A DNA stretch of 64,000 nucleotides from Monocercomonoides exilis PA203. Lineage: Eukaryota; Protista; Preaxostyla. This document shows, one piece after another, positions 11,412-24,861 of the stretch. Location: positions 682,001 through 746,000 of the forward strand of contig LSRY02000028.1 of assembly GCA_001643675.2 (NCBI GenBank), in the 5' to 3' direction. The position numbers and the translations under genes are program-made. The notes under the pieces were generated by a model that saw nothing but the letters and a program-made list of their open reading frames with translations, had not been told where the DNA came from and ran no database searches. The stretch's first letter is position 1. The number at the start of each line of letters is the position of its first letter.

Positions 11412-13780
11412 ATGAGCATCCAAGCTGTGCTTGATAAAATCAGAGGTCTTCATTCAAGGCCAAATGACATAAAGTTCTTCGAATTTATGGCTGTTCTTAG
11501 CGACCCGGAGGCCCCTCAAGATTTTACGCAAGAAGAGTGGATAGGGTTTTGTCAAGAATTGCCTATTAAACTTACAGGGGTCGAACAAAAAGTCTTATTT
11601 GAAACTAACCAAGACGAAGGAATTTTACAGATGGAGAAATTTAGAAATTCTTTATTGGTTTATTCTATTTGTTGTAGTTTATTCTTTGTATTTTTGTTGA
11701 ACTTTTTATTTAGATTCCAATGAACGAGAGTCGAAGAGAAGTTGTTGATTCAACCTTCGCTAAAATTGTTGGAGACTCTGATTGCGTTCCACTTGACTTT
11801 GTTGCCTCACTTTTTAGAAGTCAGTCGAGCGTTTACGTTACATCTGGAAAAATGACAGAAGATCAAATGAGAGAAAGGTTTAGAAAAACGTTTTGTCCTC
11901 CTCTTGTTGGTTGTGATGATGGCAACATCACGATTGCGGATTGGTTGTATTATCACACAATTCTTTCAACAACGATTCCGGAAGATAATTTTTTCACAAT
12001 GGAAATGTGGGGAATATGGAACATTTCATCGCTTGGGAAAATGAAGACATCAAGCTCACGTCATCAAAAAGAAGTGCATATTAGATCAACAGAAGCAATT
12101 GCTCGCTCGTTCTCTCCGACTATACCATCTGGCGATGCATACTGTTTTGCTCCATATGATACACAACCAATAGATAAATCATTTTACAAAACAACATCAT
12201 CACCAGATACTCCCCATAGAAAAATTCAAGGATTTGATGAGAAACACAGCATTCCGCAAAGTGCATATCCTCCAGAGTCGCTGGAAAAGGAAGATTATCC
12301 CATCGCATCACCATCCAGGCGATCCGTAAAACAACAGAGAGCCAGAGAAATAGCGGAAATCTCAGAACTGAAAAGAGAAGAAGGTGTTGAAGAAGAGAAG
12401 TTTCCGCCTGATCTTGAAGCATCATCGGTGGAAATCATCCAGCAAAAGATGATGAGCGCTCTAAGTCGCATGCCCTTTGTTGAAGTGATGAAGCAAATTG
12501 CAGTATTCACATCAGCTGCCTCTCCTCGACCTTCCACGACACGTACATCAACAATCTTGCCAGGCGGTGTGCTTACTCAAGAAACACTGAAGACAGCTTT
12601 TGCGCATTCCGCGTTTCGTTTAAGTGAAGATGAAATTGATCTGCTCTTTTCCTCTCTTTCTGCATCAGACTTATCATCAACTCGATCAGAACTATCTCAT
12701 TCACGCAGAGATGCAGGGTTTGTGAAGGTGGCAGAGCTTGTGAAATTTGTGATGCCTTCGTGGGCTGATGTCACAGACAAGGACGAGAGATCGCCGCTTC
12801 TTCCTTCGTCACCTTCTCATTTTGCATCTAGACGTACTGCTCCGATCCATTCATCTCCATCTCCGCTCTCCTCTTCTTACGCATCTGACACTGCCTTCTC
12901 ATCCGCTACTCCACAGTCATCGCCCATCTCCACTCCACACAAGCAGCTGCCGAGCGACTCAGCACTGACAAGATCAGCTCGGAGGCGCGAGGGCGAGAGC
13001 AAAGTGCTGAATGAAGAGCACCACCTCTCATCACGCTTCTCTGCTGTGCTGAGTGCGTGGGTGTCTGCGGTTGCACGGCACATGATGCTGTGCCACACAG
13101 ACGACTACTCACAGCTCCACTCTCATTCCACACTTGAAGAGGAAAGACGCTTTGTCTCTATGCGTATTCCTTTGAGTGCTGTGCGTGATGCATTCTGTGC
13201 ATTGACACATCCAGACGCGAAGAGTGGGAGACGCACTGAAAGCGAATGTCTCGAAGAATTTTTGAGCACCTTCTGCGTAGAAAGCGTCTTCTCACTGGAC
13301 GACAGGCTGTTTCCTGCAGGGAAGCTGTTGCCAACCTGCAATTGCTGCACCATCAGAGCTGATTCGTATCACCAGCAGTCTCAATTGTCTATTGGCTTCC
13401 CTGAATTTTCCAACTTCTTTTCTTTATTTTCACTCACTATTCCACGCGACAGCACATTTTCTTCGATTTTGGAAGGATGCTTCCGTACAAACGATTATGT
13501 CAGCAGCAGACGAGCTGATGTAGAGAAGCTGATTGACGAGACAGTGATGGGAGATGAGTGGATGAGAGAGATCACACTGGGAGAGAAAATACCTCTTCAG
13601 TTCTATTTTGAATCGGCTGAGGAGAGACAGAAACATTTGAATGAAATACAAACACATGCAAAAGGCGAGTCAGAGAAAGATGAGGCAAAGAAAGAATATG
13701 TCCAACAGGCATTGTTTTCTAAGCAGCAGGAGTTTGATATCTTTGGGCGAAAGTCAAATACAAGTCGCTGGGCTCACTAA
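11412..13780 (+). CDS. Calcyphosin-like EF-hand protein; intron 11658-11713
   Basis: PMNESRREVVDSTFAKI...VTSGKMTEDQMRERFRKTF...DGNITIADWLYYHTILSTTIPEDNFFTMEMWGIW follows the calcyphosin C-terminal pattern. A second degenerate copy lies near the C-terminus. Confidence 0.7.
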
Positions 13781-14372
13781 ATTCACAGGAAATGGCAGCT
13801 GAATTGCGTTGAGCATTTGGTGATTGGAGAATTCAGCAATGTGTTATTCAATAGAAGGTCATTAAGCATACTTTGACAATTGAATTTTTTACAATTTATT
13901 TGTTCAAATATTTATCTAACTATTTTCTTTTAGTTTGATTCTGTTTCTTGGTTGGGGCATTTTGATCGAAAATGTGCCAATTTACATAGAAATAAGCTTA
14001 TTCAACTCTTTCCCTCTTTTTTCATAGCATTTACACTTCAGTGATTTATCAACTGTGCTAAGAAAAAAAAATAATTAAATAAAAAACAACGTCGATTAGA
14101 AAACTTAAAGAATGAAAATAATAATAATAAGGCGATGAAAAGCATCCACAAAAGACATATAAAACATTATAAATATGAAAAGATGTTCCATTGTTATACA
14201 TAAGTCTTTAAAATAAGATAAACAAAAAAATGGAATATTAATGTCACTATAAAGTTAAAAACAACTTACAATTCCAAATCAAAGAGTAAAGAAAAATAAC
14301 AAATAACAAATCGAATAAAGATAAAAATTTTACAAGAAAATTTCGCGACTTTCACAAAAATATGTTTCAATT

Positions 14373-17300
14373 CTAATGTTTTTTCCACAACTTTTCAATG
14401 GAAAGACGATACGCAGAAAGAAATCTCTGAAGTGTTTCGCAGCAAGTGAACGTGAGTCTGTGTGTTATTTCACGAGCCGAACGAGAAGAAGAGGAAGAGG
14501 AAGAGGAAGAATAAAAAGAGGTGGGGGTAGAATGCAAAATAAGAGAAAACGAATCAAACGGGTCGGGAAGCAGGCTCCGATGGAGGCAAAGGCGAGATGA
14601 ATACACACGCTGTGGGGTTGATGGCATCACATTGGAAGACAAAGAAGAAGAACGCCTTGCTGGTGACTCTGAAGATGATGCTGTAGAATTTGAAGCAGAG
14701 ACCGAAAAAAAAGGAAGAAACGAATTGTTGACTGGCGATTTTGAAGGCGAAACGCTCTTTGATTGGCTTGCAGATGCCACTTTTGCTGATTTCGCACGAG
14801 GAGGGTATATCTGCGGAACACCAGCCGTTGCAGAAGGCCACTCCGCCGATGGAATAAGTCTTCTGTCGCCTCGTTCTTCTTCTTCAGCCACAACAGCGTT
14901 TATTTCAGTCTGCAGACAGTCAGAAAGAGCAATGGCATTTCCGGGCTGAAGATCTGACCAGCCGAAAGACGACCAAAACTTGCTGACAGAAAAGGAAGAA
15001 GAGGACGACGACGAAGACACAGGGAACTCATACAGAAAATGCTGATCTAAATAAAGAAGAGAAGGATGACCACTCGAAATAGAATTGGAAGTTGAGGAAG
15101 AAGAAGAAGTGGAAGAAGAGAAAAGGCAAAATCCACAGAAAAGCGGTGTGTATTTCTTGAGTGATTGGTTGTACGAAAAGAGCGGGGAAGGTGAGCGCAT
15201 TGGAGATGCTGATTCAATCGAATTGACTTTTTCAGTGTTTGAAGACGTTGCCTGTGCAAAGTTCAACAAGGCTTCTCCTTCTTCATTCAGCGAAAGGGCA
15301 GGCAGTGCTTCCTCAGCCATGTTGAACCCAGCCATTTCAGACACTCTTTTCAGCGCTTTTGCTGCTTCAGCGATCGAATTAGCAGAGCCTGAATAAAAAA
15401 CAAACCCGAAATTGCGCAGAGAAGGCTCGCATTTCACGCGAATCCGCTGCAACCTCACAGAAACGACAACAAAAGCGATGTCTTTGAGAGACAAGATCTG
15501 CACGCACCGAAGAGAGGACGGATGCAGAATGTCAGAAGAGAAGCTGCCAAACGGGCCATAAAAGGATTCAAAGAAAGATGGATCGGGTTTTGCGGGGAAA
15601 GAATATGGAAACTCAGTTATGGAAGATGGATGAGAAATAAATTTTTCTTCTTTCGAGGTAAATGAAGACGATGCAATGGATGAAGTGTTTGCCAAATCAA
15701 AAAATGGAATTGAGCAGGAGGAAGAGAGAATGCTCGACCAGAAAGGAGCATATTCGTCACAAGAGGAGAAGGGGAGAGGAGAAGTTGAGGAACCTAATTT
15801 GGGAGAGGTGCCGATTCTTTGCTTTCTCTTCAGTGTTGGGGGATAAACAGCTTTTAAGTCATTTTTGGACTCCTTCTGTGTCTGAAGAAGCTTAACCACA
15901 AACAGACCGCAATCGCAGATAAGAAGAACAGAAGCAAAAGAGGAAGAGCCGTCAAATGAATAGAATGCGCCAGCCAGAACAGAAAGTGGCTTAATCTGCC
16001 GATGATTGGAGATGGTCTCCATGAAAAGAGAAGGAGCACTCGAAGAAATGGAAGTATTACTTGAACAATGAAGATTTGAAGAAGAAGGTGAAGATGAAGA
16101 TGAAGATGATGGAGATGATGAAAGAGAAGGTAATGTCTTTTCGATAAGAGCATCAGGAATTGTGTTTCGTTTTCCGAGCAACACTTTTTCGAGTGTTGGC
16201 ACCAACACAACTGCTGCTGTCCTCATCAGCTCAGTCTGAAACAGAAGCCCATCCACAAACTTCGGAATAAGATCAAAGCTGTTCTCCTTCTGAATGCGAA
16301 TGATAAGCTCAATCACTTTGCTCAGTTCTTCCGGAAACAGACAGAGATACAGCGAGACCAAATTACACAGAGCGTGAATGTTCGCCTGAAGAGTGCCAAT
16401 CACATCGTCAGAGAGAAAAAGACCCATCCTGCCGTACTCGTGAAACAGAAGCGACACAAAAAACAAGAGGCGGTTGAACGGAAAAGCAGAACGCCATATC
16501 TTTTGGGCTGAAAGGGCAAACGAAGAAGAAAAAGAAGATTCGTTTTCTGCTTCGCTTGGAAAATAATCATTTTCCACTGAAACAAGCTGAGAATAATCAA
16601 CCGCTTGCAGCTGCTCATAAAAGGAAGTGCACAATTCAATGGTGTGGAACAGAAGAAGCTCTTCACTTGCTTTTAGGCGGACGGTTGGATGAACAGTGCC
16701 TAGTAACCAGAGCGAGGTTGGACGTGGCTTGTCAAAGAAAGGCACGTCCAGTGTCTCTGAACATTTGACATACTGAGGGAGAGAATAAAGAGAGAAGTGA
16801 GTGGAAGAAGAAGAAGAGGAAGAGGAAGAAGAAAAAGAAGAAGATGAGAAGGAGGAGGAGGATTGAGGTGGAGGAAACAAGCTAGATGATTCATTTTCCC
16901 GCAATGAATAGAGGAAATTAGCTGGTGTTGAGCGAGTGCAATACGACGGGATGATTCTCTCTGAATAATACGCAATAAGAGAAGCGATGAACGAGTCTGT
17001 CTCGCTGCACATCGAAAGCACTGCCTCTGGCGGCGTCTCGTCGCTGCCGTTCACCGGCACCTTCAGCACTTCTGCCACGACGCCTGCCACACGAGCACCG
17101 TAATGTGCATTCAGCAGTCCAAACAGCACGACCGACTGGATCAACGTGCGGATGGTGCGGGCGGAGCGGAGCTGCTGGCGGATCATCAGCTGAAGGGGGT
17201 AGAGGTCAGACCGAGGATACCACAGCATCGCAAGAAGGCATCTGAGGCACACTTCGAGATGGGCTGTGGAGTCTTGAAACAATGAAGTTGAGTAACAAGA

Positions 17301-20300
17301 AGAGGAAGAGGAGGAAGAGGATGATGATGATGATGACAATGGAGTTATGGATGTTGATGCAGAGGAAGAAGTTGTCTGAATAGATGGCGTTGAACTGTTG
17401 GGATAATTGTCCAAATGCGAAAGAGGATTTTGTTGACATTCGGCTGAAAATACTTCGCGTGGGGTCTGCCGAATAACTTTTGGAATTGTAAATTTTGTCT
17501 TTGCAGTTTTCCCATTCGCAGCTTTGTAAGACGCGACTGATCCATTTTCCATCTTTTCTGACTGATTTTCGTTCAACAGAGAAGAAGAAGAAAGCTCCAC
17601 CGAAGACGTTTCAGAAAGGACCGAACTGGAAAAAGTTCTGTTGGAAGGCGAAAGAGCACCTGGAGACATCTCTGCATTCTGTGTCAATGCAGCTGCTGCT
17701 GCGACAGTCGCCGGTGGGGCAGCTTCTGCCTGGTTCTGCTTCGGAGTCCGGTCGTCTCTGGAAAAGGACTCGTTGCTCAGCGCCTCAGACAGCGCACGCA
17801 GCTGCTCAAAAGTGTAGCTCAGGTTCTTCTCAGTGCTTAGCGGTGACACGGCCGGAGAAACTAGCGCGGAGCTTATCGGAGAATTAAGTGCCATGAAGAG
17901 TGCGGGGGAATCCGGTGTGGAGCAAGCGGGGCTGAAGTCCAGGCCAGGGATGATGTTCTGAAGAGAGTCCTTTCGCCGGGACATCACACGCGACGGATGG
18001 AACGCCTTGTTCATTCGCAGCCTGTCGGCGTATGGATTGCTCACCACTGGGCTCATCTCAAATATCAGATCTTCCAACTGCAGTGAATGTGACGATGCTG
18101 ATGCTGAAAGAAATTCAGTGTTTGTTTGTTCCTCTCTTTGAAATGTGCCTTCAATTCTTCCTCCAAAAGCAGAATAGTTTTCCTGTGAAGTTGAGCCGGT
18201 CGTTAAAAGCTCCATAAATGATTTGTTTCTGGGGACAAACCGAAACGACGACGAAGAAATGTGGTTGTCAATTTGCTTTAAACATTCTTCGCCAGTTGCT
18301 TTTTCGAAATTTGTTCTAAATTGAATTCGTTTGTTTGATGATGGACTCCGCGTGTTCTGTTTGGCTTGTCTTTCTTCTTCGTTCTTTGAAAGTGTGTGGA
18401 TTGTCTTCAAAACAATAGAAGTTCCACCCAATTTGGCAAAGAGAACAAGATCATCAGACCAAAGCTTCATATTCTTTGATGCTAAACTGCCTTCACTTTC
18501 ATCTTCTTTCGTGATTGCATTTCCTTTGCCACTGTCTGATTCATCTTTACACACTGAACCAACAGATGAAGATAGATCAGATTTCTTCTTTTCAAACAGC
18601 TTATTCTTCATTCCGTTCCCACTCATCAGCTTTGTCGGTCTCCATGGCAAAAGAGTGGTTGCTCCGCTTGTCAAGCTCTGCAGAGGCTGGTGAGCGCCAT
18701 CCAGCTGTTTTGCTAGCCGCAAAAGCACCCGCGCAGCCGCCGCAGAGTCAGCTGGGAGCTCCTTCAGTGCAACAAGAAGGCGAGACACGCTTTTCCCGAT
18801 GATTGTGTCTTCAACACGGGCAGTCAGAGAACACTTCCGTTTGACCTCCAAAAGCGACAGGCGCAAGAGAAGGGCAGAGTCTTCTGTGGCTGCTCTAATT
18901 CCTTCGTCCCATCCGCCTTCTTCAATCGCTGCGATGAAATCGACCAAAGATGAGTGCAGCTCATCTTGTGTGGTCAGCAGCGCATCAGTCGAAGCAAACG
19001 ACAAGTTGAGCTCCATCAGTCTGGTTATGTGACGGACAATGTTCACGCAGCGCCTGTCAAACAGAATGCCTCTCTTTCTGCTGTCTTCGCGGGCGATGTT
19101 CGACAAGAGCTCTGCCACAGTCGCGATGCGCTTGGAGGCCGAGGCGTCGGCGAGGTCTGTGGTTGTCTGCACCGAACGCAGCGTCTGTGCAACCAGAATG
19201 ACATGCTCTGTTGTCGTGAGGATGTTCGGGTGGCGGTAGAGAATGGCAAGTGCTGCAGAGGAAACAGGGTTGCTCGGCAGATTCGCGAAAAGCAGCAGGC
19301 TCCGCACGCCGTTGCTTACAAGATGAGCGATCTCGCCTGTCTCAGGCAGATCGGCGCGAAAGAAGAAGGCTTCAAAGCGAAGGACTGCCTTGCAAAAGCC
19401 CAAAAACGTGATGTTGCTTTCTCTTTTGTGATTTGAGGAATCGAGAAGATCTGACAAAGCTGAAGAGATTGGATGAGCTGGCTCTGCCGGTGCAACTGCA
19501 GATGAAGCAGACAATGTGCCAGTCATCTGATCGACATTTCCCGAAAGTTGTGATGTGGACAATGGAGCTTCTACTTCACAAATCGTATCAAGCCCATTCC
19601 CCACAAAGCTGTTCACAACTACAAACAGAAGCTCGCCTCCATTTGTTTCAGTGACGATGGTGTTGACCAGGTTGTCTCGCTTTGCCTTCTCTAAAGATGG
19701 ATATGCTTCCAACATCGTGCCCAGTGCATCAGCAGCAGCCGATGCCAGCACCAGTGAAGGAGGCTCTAGCAGCAGGAAAGAGCAGATCTTCGGGACGATC
19801 TGCTGCACATTGTGTGCCTCAGCCACTTCGTTCATGATGCGCTGTGCACGGCACAATGCAGCGCTGCAGCGGGTGATGTCTGCAATCACCAGCGGGTAGT
19901 CAGCTGTGCAGGCGCCGTCCGCCAGAGTGGCCGTGTCGACAGACAAGACCATCCCCAGCATCGCCTCGTGGATGCGGCGCAGATGGAACACGTTTCCTGC
20001 GCGGAGGTTGCCGGCAGCTGCGCCGATGCAGCGCAGGAGCGGGCGGTGGATGGGGCGGAGGCAGATGGCTGGGGTGATCGGGGGCAGCGAGAAGAAAAGG
20101 TCGCACAGGGTGTCGGCGATGGTGTGCTCTTGGTCTCTTTTGAAGTGTGCTGCCTCGCAGAAGAGGAGAGAAAGGCTGGTCAGAGCATCGGGAAAGAGGT
20201 GGACATGGGTGGTGTCTGACTGGCGGAGGATGAAGAAGCAAGTGTCCTGGAGGAACTCGATGAGGAAGGTGGAGGAGGGAAGAGATGATGTGAAGGGGGT

Positions 20301-22868
20301 GGATGAAATGGATGAAGAAAGATCAGAGGAAGAGGATGCAGAAGAAGAAGATGAGAAGGAGGATGAGGAAGAGAGATCTTTGTGAGATGAAGCACTCGAT
20401 GATGCTGATGCTGATGATGATGATAACGATGAAGTGTGTGTTGTGTATTCAATGTCTTGTGGGTGTGTGTCTGATGAATCGTGAAGTGCTGAAGTGTCAA
20501 ACTGAGGTGATTTCTTGGGCATAGAGGCGTCGTTGTAGATGGACAGCGTCTCCGTCGAAAGTGGGGCGTCGCATATTTCTGCGACAGACGCAGAAGAGAG
20601 AGGAAGATCGAGCAAGTTGACAATCTTCATGAAGTGGATGGAAAGCGGATGTAGCTGGAATGTTGCTTTGCCAGCTGATGAAGAAGAAGCAGAAGCAGAA
20701 GCAGAAGCAGAAGAAGTAGCAGCTCCTGTTGGCTGGCTTTGTGTCTGCTGTGAATTCGACAGAGAAGACGAGCTTGTGGATGAGACAGCAGAGACAGCAG
20801 CAGACGATGTGAGAGACTGGATGGCTGCAGGTGTCAGCTGTTTTGGAGAGGAAGCTGCTTTCCTTTTTGGCAGCGGCTGTGTCTGTTTTGAAGGCAGCGC
20901 AGTGAAAGTGGAGACGACATTTGACGAGTACGGCGGCACAGACAGAATTTGCTGGGTGGCTGGGTCTGCCAGGCGGCGCTCGAGGATGAGGAACACGAAG
21001 GGCTTGATGGCGTCGCCAAGAGACTGGACAAGAGGATTGGGGCTGGTCTGCGAAATGGACTGGAGATGCTCAGCGCAGAAGATGCCGATGTGCTCGTCGG
21101 GAAGGTTTGTGATGCAGAGGGCGAGCAGCTGGAGGGCGGTGACACGTGAGAGCGGGGACAAGAGCGAGATGGAGGCGAGGGAGGCTGTGAGTGTGTGTGC
21201 GAAGGAGGAGGCGGTCTGCTCTTGCCAGACGATGGAGCGAGCATCCAGAGGGAAGCTGGAGAAAGTGAGGATGTTGTGGTGGAGCTGGCGGAGAATAGAA
21301 ACAGCGTCGTTTTCGGTGAGGAACGACTGGGAGAGCAGCGAAATGATAGCGGTGCAGTACAGAATGTTGGGTGCGGTGTCGGTGATGGAAGATGTGAAAG
21401 ACAGGTGAGAGGCAGATGAGGAAGTTGAATGAGCAGATGAAGAAGAAGAAGAAGAAGAAGAAGAAGATGATGATGATGATGATGAAGATGATGATGATGA
21501 TGATGATGATGTGTTGATTGCAGAAGAAGAGTCAGATGAAGTGGAATGTGACGTGCCGTCAGCATTGATTACAGATCCAGTTGAAGTATAAGACGAGCCG
21601 TGTGAAGTGGAAGAGGAAGATGAGGCAGACGAGGCAGAAGGAGTGGATGAAGACGAAGCGGAAGCTGTTGAAGAAGCAGAAGATTTGGAAGATCCATTAT
21701 TGGCGTACTGATGGGAAAGCGGGTCTGCTGAATGCTTCCCTTCGTTGGATTGCTGTTTTTCTGCAGATAAATTTGATTGATTTTCGTTGGATCCCCTTTG
21801 AGCACCCTCAAATTCAATGTCCTCGTTGTTAGCAAAATTATTATCTTTCTTCTCCTTTTCAGGGTCTTCCAGCTTAAATGGGTTTATTTGCAATGGCTGG
21901 GGTGGCTGCTTCCGTTCTTCCTTTGTAATGCGTGTACCGTTCAACATTGCCAAACTCTGTTTCCTCAATGCCCATATAATGTGATGTGCCCATCCAGTTT
22001 TGAAGTTGCTCGTGAATGGATTGGGAGAAATGGTCAAAGACTTCATTTTTTTAAAGTGCGAAAGAATTTCAAGGTTCTGTGAAAATAAATAGAAAAAAAA
22101 TAAAAGATGTTGAATATACTTTTTTTCAGAGTTTTATGTGCATACTGTCTGAAATTCATCTGCATTCCAAGAAAATCTATTGAGCGAAACATTCAAAAAT
22201 ATCAAATGAGAAGATACTGGCATCAAAGATGAAAGTGATCCATTAAGTTCATTATCTGATAAATCCAAAATTCTGAGTGCTGGCAAATCTACAAGGTGAG
22301 GAAAAGTTTTTAGCTTGATAAAGTTTTTTTGATAAATTTTGAAAAAATTAAATTAAATTAAATTAGAAATAACTAAAGCAAAACACAAAACTTTATTTCC
22401 ATTTAAATAAAGTTCTTCAAGACGAGGGACAAGATTTATTGAAACAGTCCTTAAGTTATTCCTATCAAGCCATAAGCGTCTAAGGCGCTCAAATCCAGGC
22501 TTAAGGCCATGCACGTTTTCACTAGCATCCAATGTACTAAATTCTTGTAAATGATTCAGACTGTGCATCGTATGGTTCAATTTACAAAGTCAAAAATACT
22601 AAAAAAATCTACAATCTGAAAACCTCAAGTCAATTTCCTTTATAACTTTTGTTTCACAAGCACGACCAATTGAATTTACTGATTGAATTTCGAAACTTCC
22701 GCTGTCTTTTGAATAGCATTCGTTAGAAAAGCATAAATAAGTTGGATATTTACGTGCTAAATGTTGCTTTTCTCTCATCAAGTACTCTAAATTATGAGCA
22801 TCTAATTGTTTAAGAGGTTGTGAAGGAGCTGTTATGCATGTTCTCCAATGATTCTTCTTGTTGGACAT
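14373..22868 (-). CDS. Giant (~2700 aa) protein: N-terminal LRRs with an LRR cap, helical and Ser-rich middle, possible C-terminal PH-like domains
   Basis: Spliced 5' exons give IKEIDLSLNHL, LRRLWLDRNNL, LEELYLNGNKL, LRILDLSDNEL, LIFLNVSLNRF, MKSLTISPNPF and the cap LAMLNGTRITKEERKQ, followed by one 7.7-kb exon. The start codon is inferred. Confidence 0.75.
21437..21511. repeat. Compound (GAA)n/(GAT)n microsatellite encoding poly-Ser on the minus strand
   Basis: Directly visible trinucleotide run. Confidence 0.9.
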
Positions 22869-22995
22869 CCTCAAAAACAACAAGGAAAATTATGAAATAC
22901 CATAATTTTTCACTTGTTAAAAAGAAAAGAAAAAGAAAAAAAGAATATGAAATGGTAAAAAATAAAGTAATGGAAATTACATTGCTCAAAACAGT

Positions 22996-24861
22996 TTACC
23001 CTTGCATTCCGTATTCCTTCGTCCATTTATCGCAGCGCTCAACATCCACAGGTGCCACGGAAGGTCTGGTGTGCATAAGAGACGAATACATATGCTCCTA
23101 AAAAAAATTACACAACACAAAAAGCAAATGAATAAATAAATAAATAAATAAACTTATGTAATTTTAAAAAAAAAGAATTAAAAAACCATTGTGACAGGTG
23201 GTGTGTACAGCTCTTTCGATGGTATGTCCATCAAATCCATTGCCACTGCTCCTGGCTCAGCTGGAGACACTCCAACCCATTTCTCTGTTGTAGTGCCATC
23301 AGCCTCTGTGATAGGGTATTTTTTGAAATGTGTAGTTGTCTGAAGCCGCCTAATTGGCTGCATCAGCGCATCACGCACAACAATAGAAATATCAGACCCG
23401 GAATATCTGAAAAGGAAAACAATTTCATTATATTTTTTTCAATTAAAAGGAATTATTGCAATAATATTTCCAGAAAGAGAGAAAAACAGCAAATGAAATT
23501 AATACGATATTCTCCATTTAATAAAAATTACATTACAAACCCTTCGGATTTTTCGCCCAAAAGCCTAAAGTCTTCAGGTGTCAAAGTGTTTGGCGTCTTT
23601 CCCAAATGGATGCGGAACAGTGCTTCTCTTGCATGTGCCTCTGGAAGAGGTATCAGAATTCTCTTTTCAAACCTTCTGATGACTGCTGAATCCAAATCCC
23701 ATGGCGTGTTGGTCGCGCCCAAAAACAGGATCCCATCGTTCTGAGCACCGACACCTTGCATCTGCACCAAAAGCTCTGTCTTCACTCGACGGGTTGATTC
23801 TGACTCGCCGTCTCCTCTCTTTCCGGCAATTGAATCGATTTCATCGATAAACACAATTGATGGCTTGTTCTCTCGTGCCAATTCAAAAAGTGAGCGCACA
23901 AGACGTTCGCTCTGCCCAACCCATTTCGACATCAGATCTGAAGAAGAAACAGAAAAGAATGTTGCATCAACTTCTGTCGCAACAGCTTTGGCCAAAAATG
24001 ATTTTCCTGTTCCGGGTGGCTTTCAAAAAAAATTGAATGAAATAAATTTCATGAAAGATATTTGTTTTAAAAAAGACAATAAAATTTTTTGTTTTATCGT
24101 TTAAAAGAAAAATTTTTCACCACAAACCCCATAAAGCAAAATTCCTTTCCATGGTCTTCGTTCACCAACAAATAAGTCAGGAAACTTTATTGGGAGAACG
24201 ACTGCTTCTTTCAAAGATTGTTTTGCTTGTTCTAATCCAGCCACGTCACTCCATTTAACATTCGGCTTTTCTCTAACAATTGCACCTTCCAGAGCATCTT
24301 TCAAACCCTTGTCATCATCGTCTCCAGAACCTTTTCTATAATAAATGTGTGAAGTGGATCAGTAATATGTGAACAAAAAAGATCAATTTATTGATATACG
24401 GTTTAGATTTTTGCCCATCTGTTGTTGGAGGTTCTTCTTTGGCTTTCTCGAGTTGAGGAAGTGCTTTTTGAATATCTTCAGCTCTTTTTAACATATCTGT
24501 CAGAATCTCTTTGTATTTTGCCTTTGTTTCGGAAAAGTTTTCATCTTCAGGAAATTAGTTAAGTTTTACAAAAAAATTGTGTGTACTTTTCTTCATAAAA
24601 GAGCAAAAACAAACATTTTATTGCAAAAGACAATGCTTGGCATCCTCTTTTATAATGTTCCAATGCTGATCGATAATCCTTGGCATTTTCAGCTGAAACA
24701 GCTAACTTATTACACTCCTGTGCCTGGAAATTATAAAAAAATGCAGAATCAATATTATTTTAAAATAATTCATAAAATAGATATATATTTCATATATAAA
24801 TCAATTTTTTAGTGTATTCAACAATCCAAACCTGTTTCACAAAGTTCTGTGAATTTGCCAT
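22996..24861 (-). CDS. VPS4: ESCRT AAA+ ATPase Vps4, 7 exons
   Basis: N-terminal MIT domain; [17 protein letters not shown]; Walker A GILLYG|PPGTGKS (split by an intron); Walker B IVFIDEID; [23 protein letters not shown]; C-terminus WTKEYGMQG*. Confidence 0.96.

Noticed and set aside
18799-21565. Long antisense or alternate-frame ORFs (for example 20539-21408 +, 20834-21565 -, also 31340-32323 -)
   Set aside because: They are shadows of GC-rich or triplet-repeat coding sequence, with no independent motifs.
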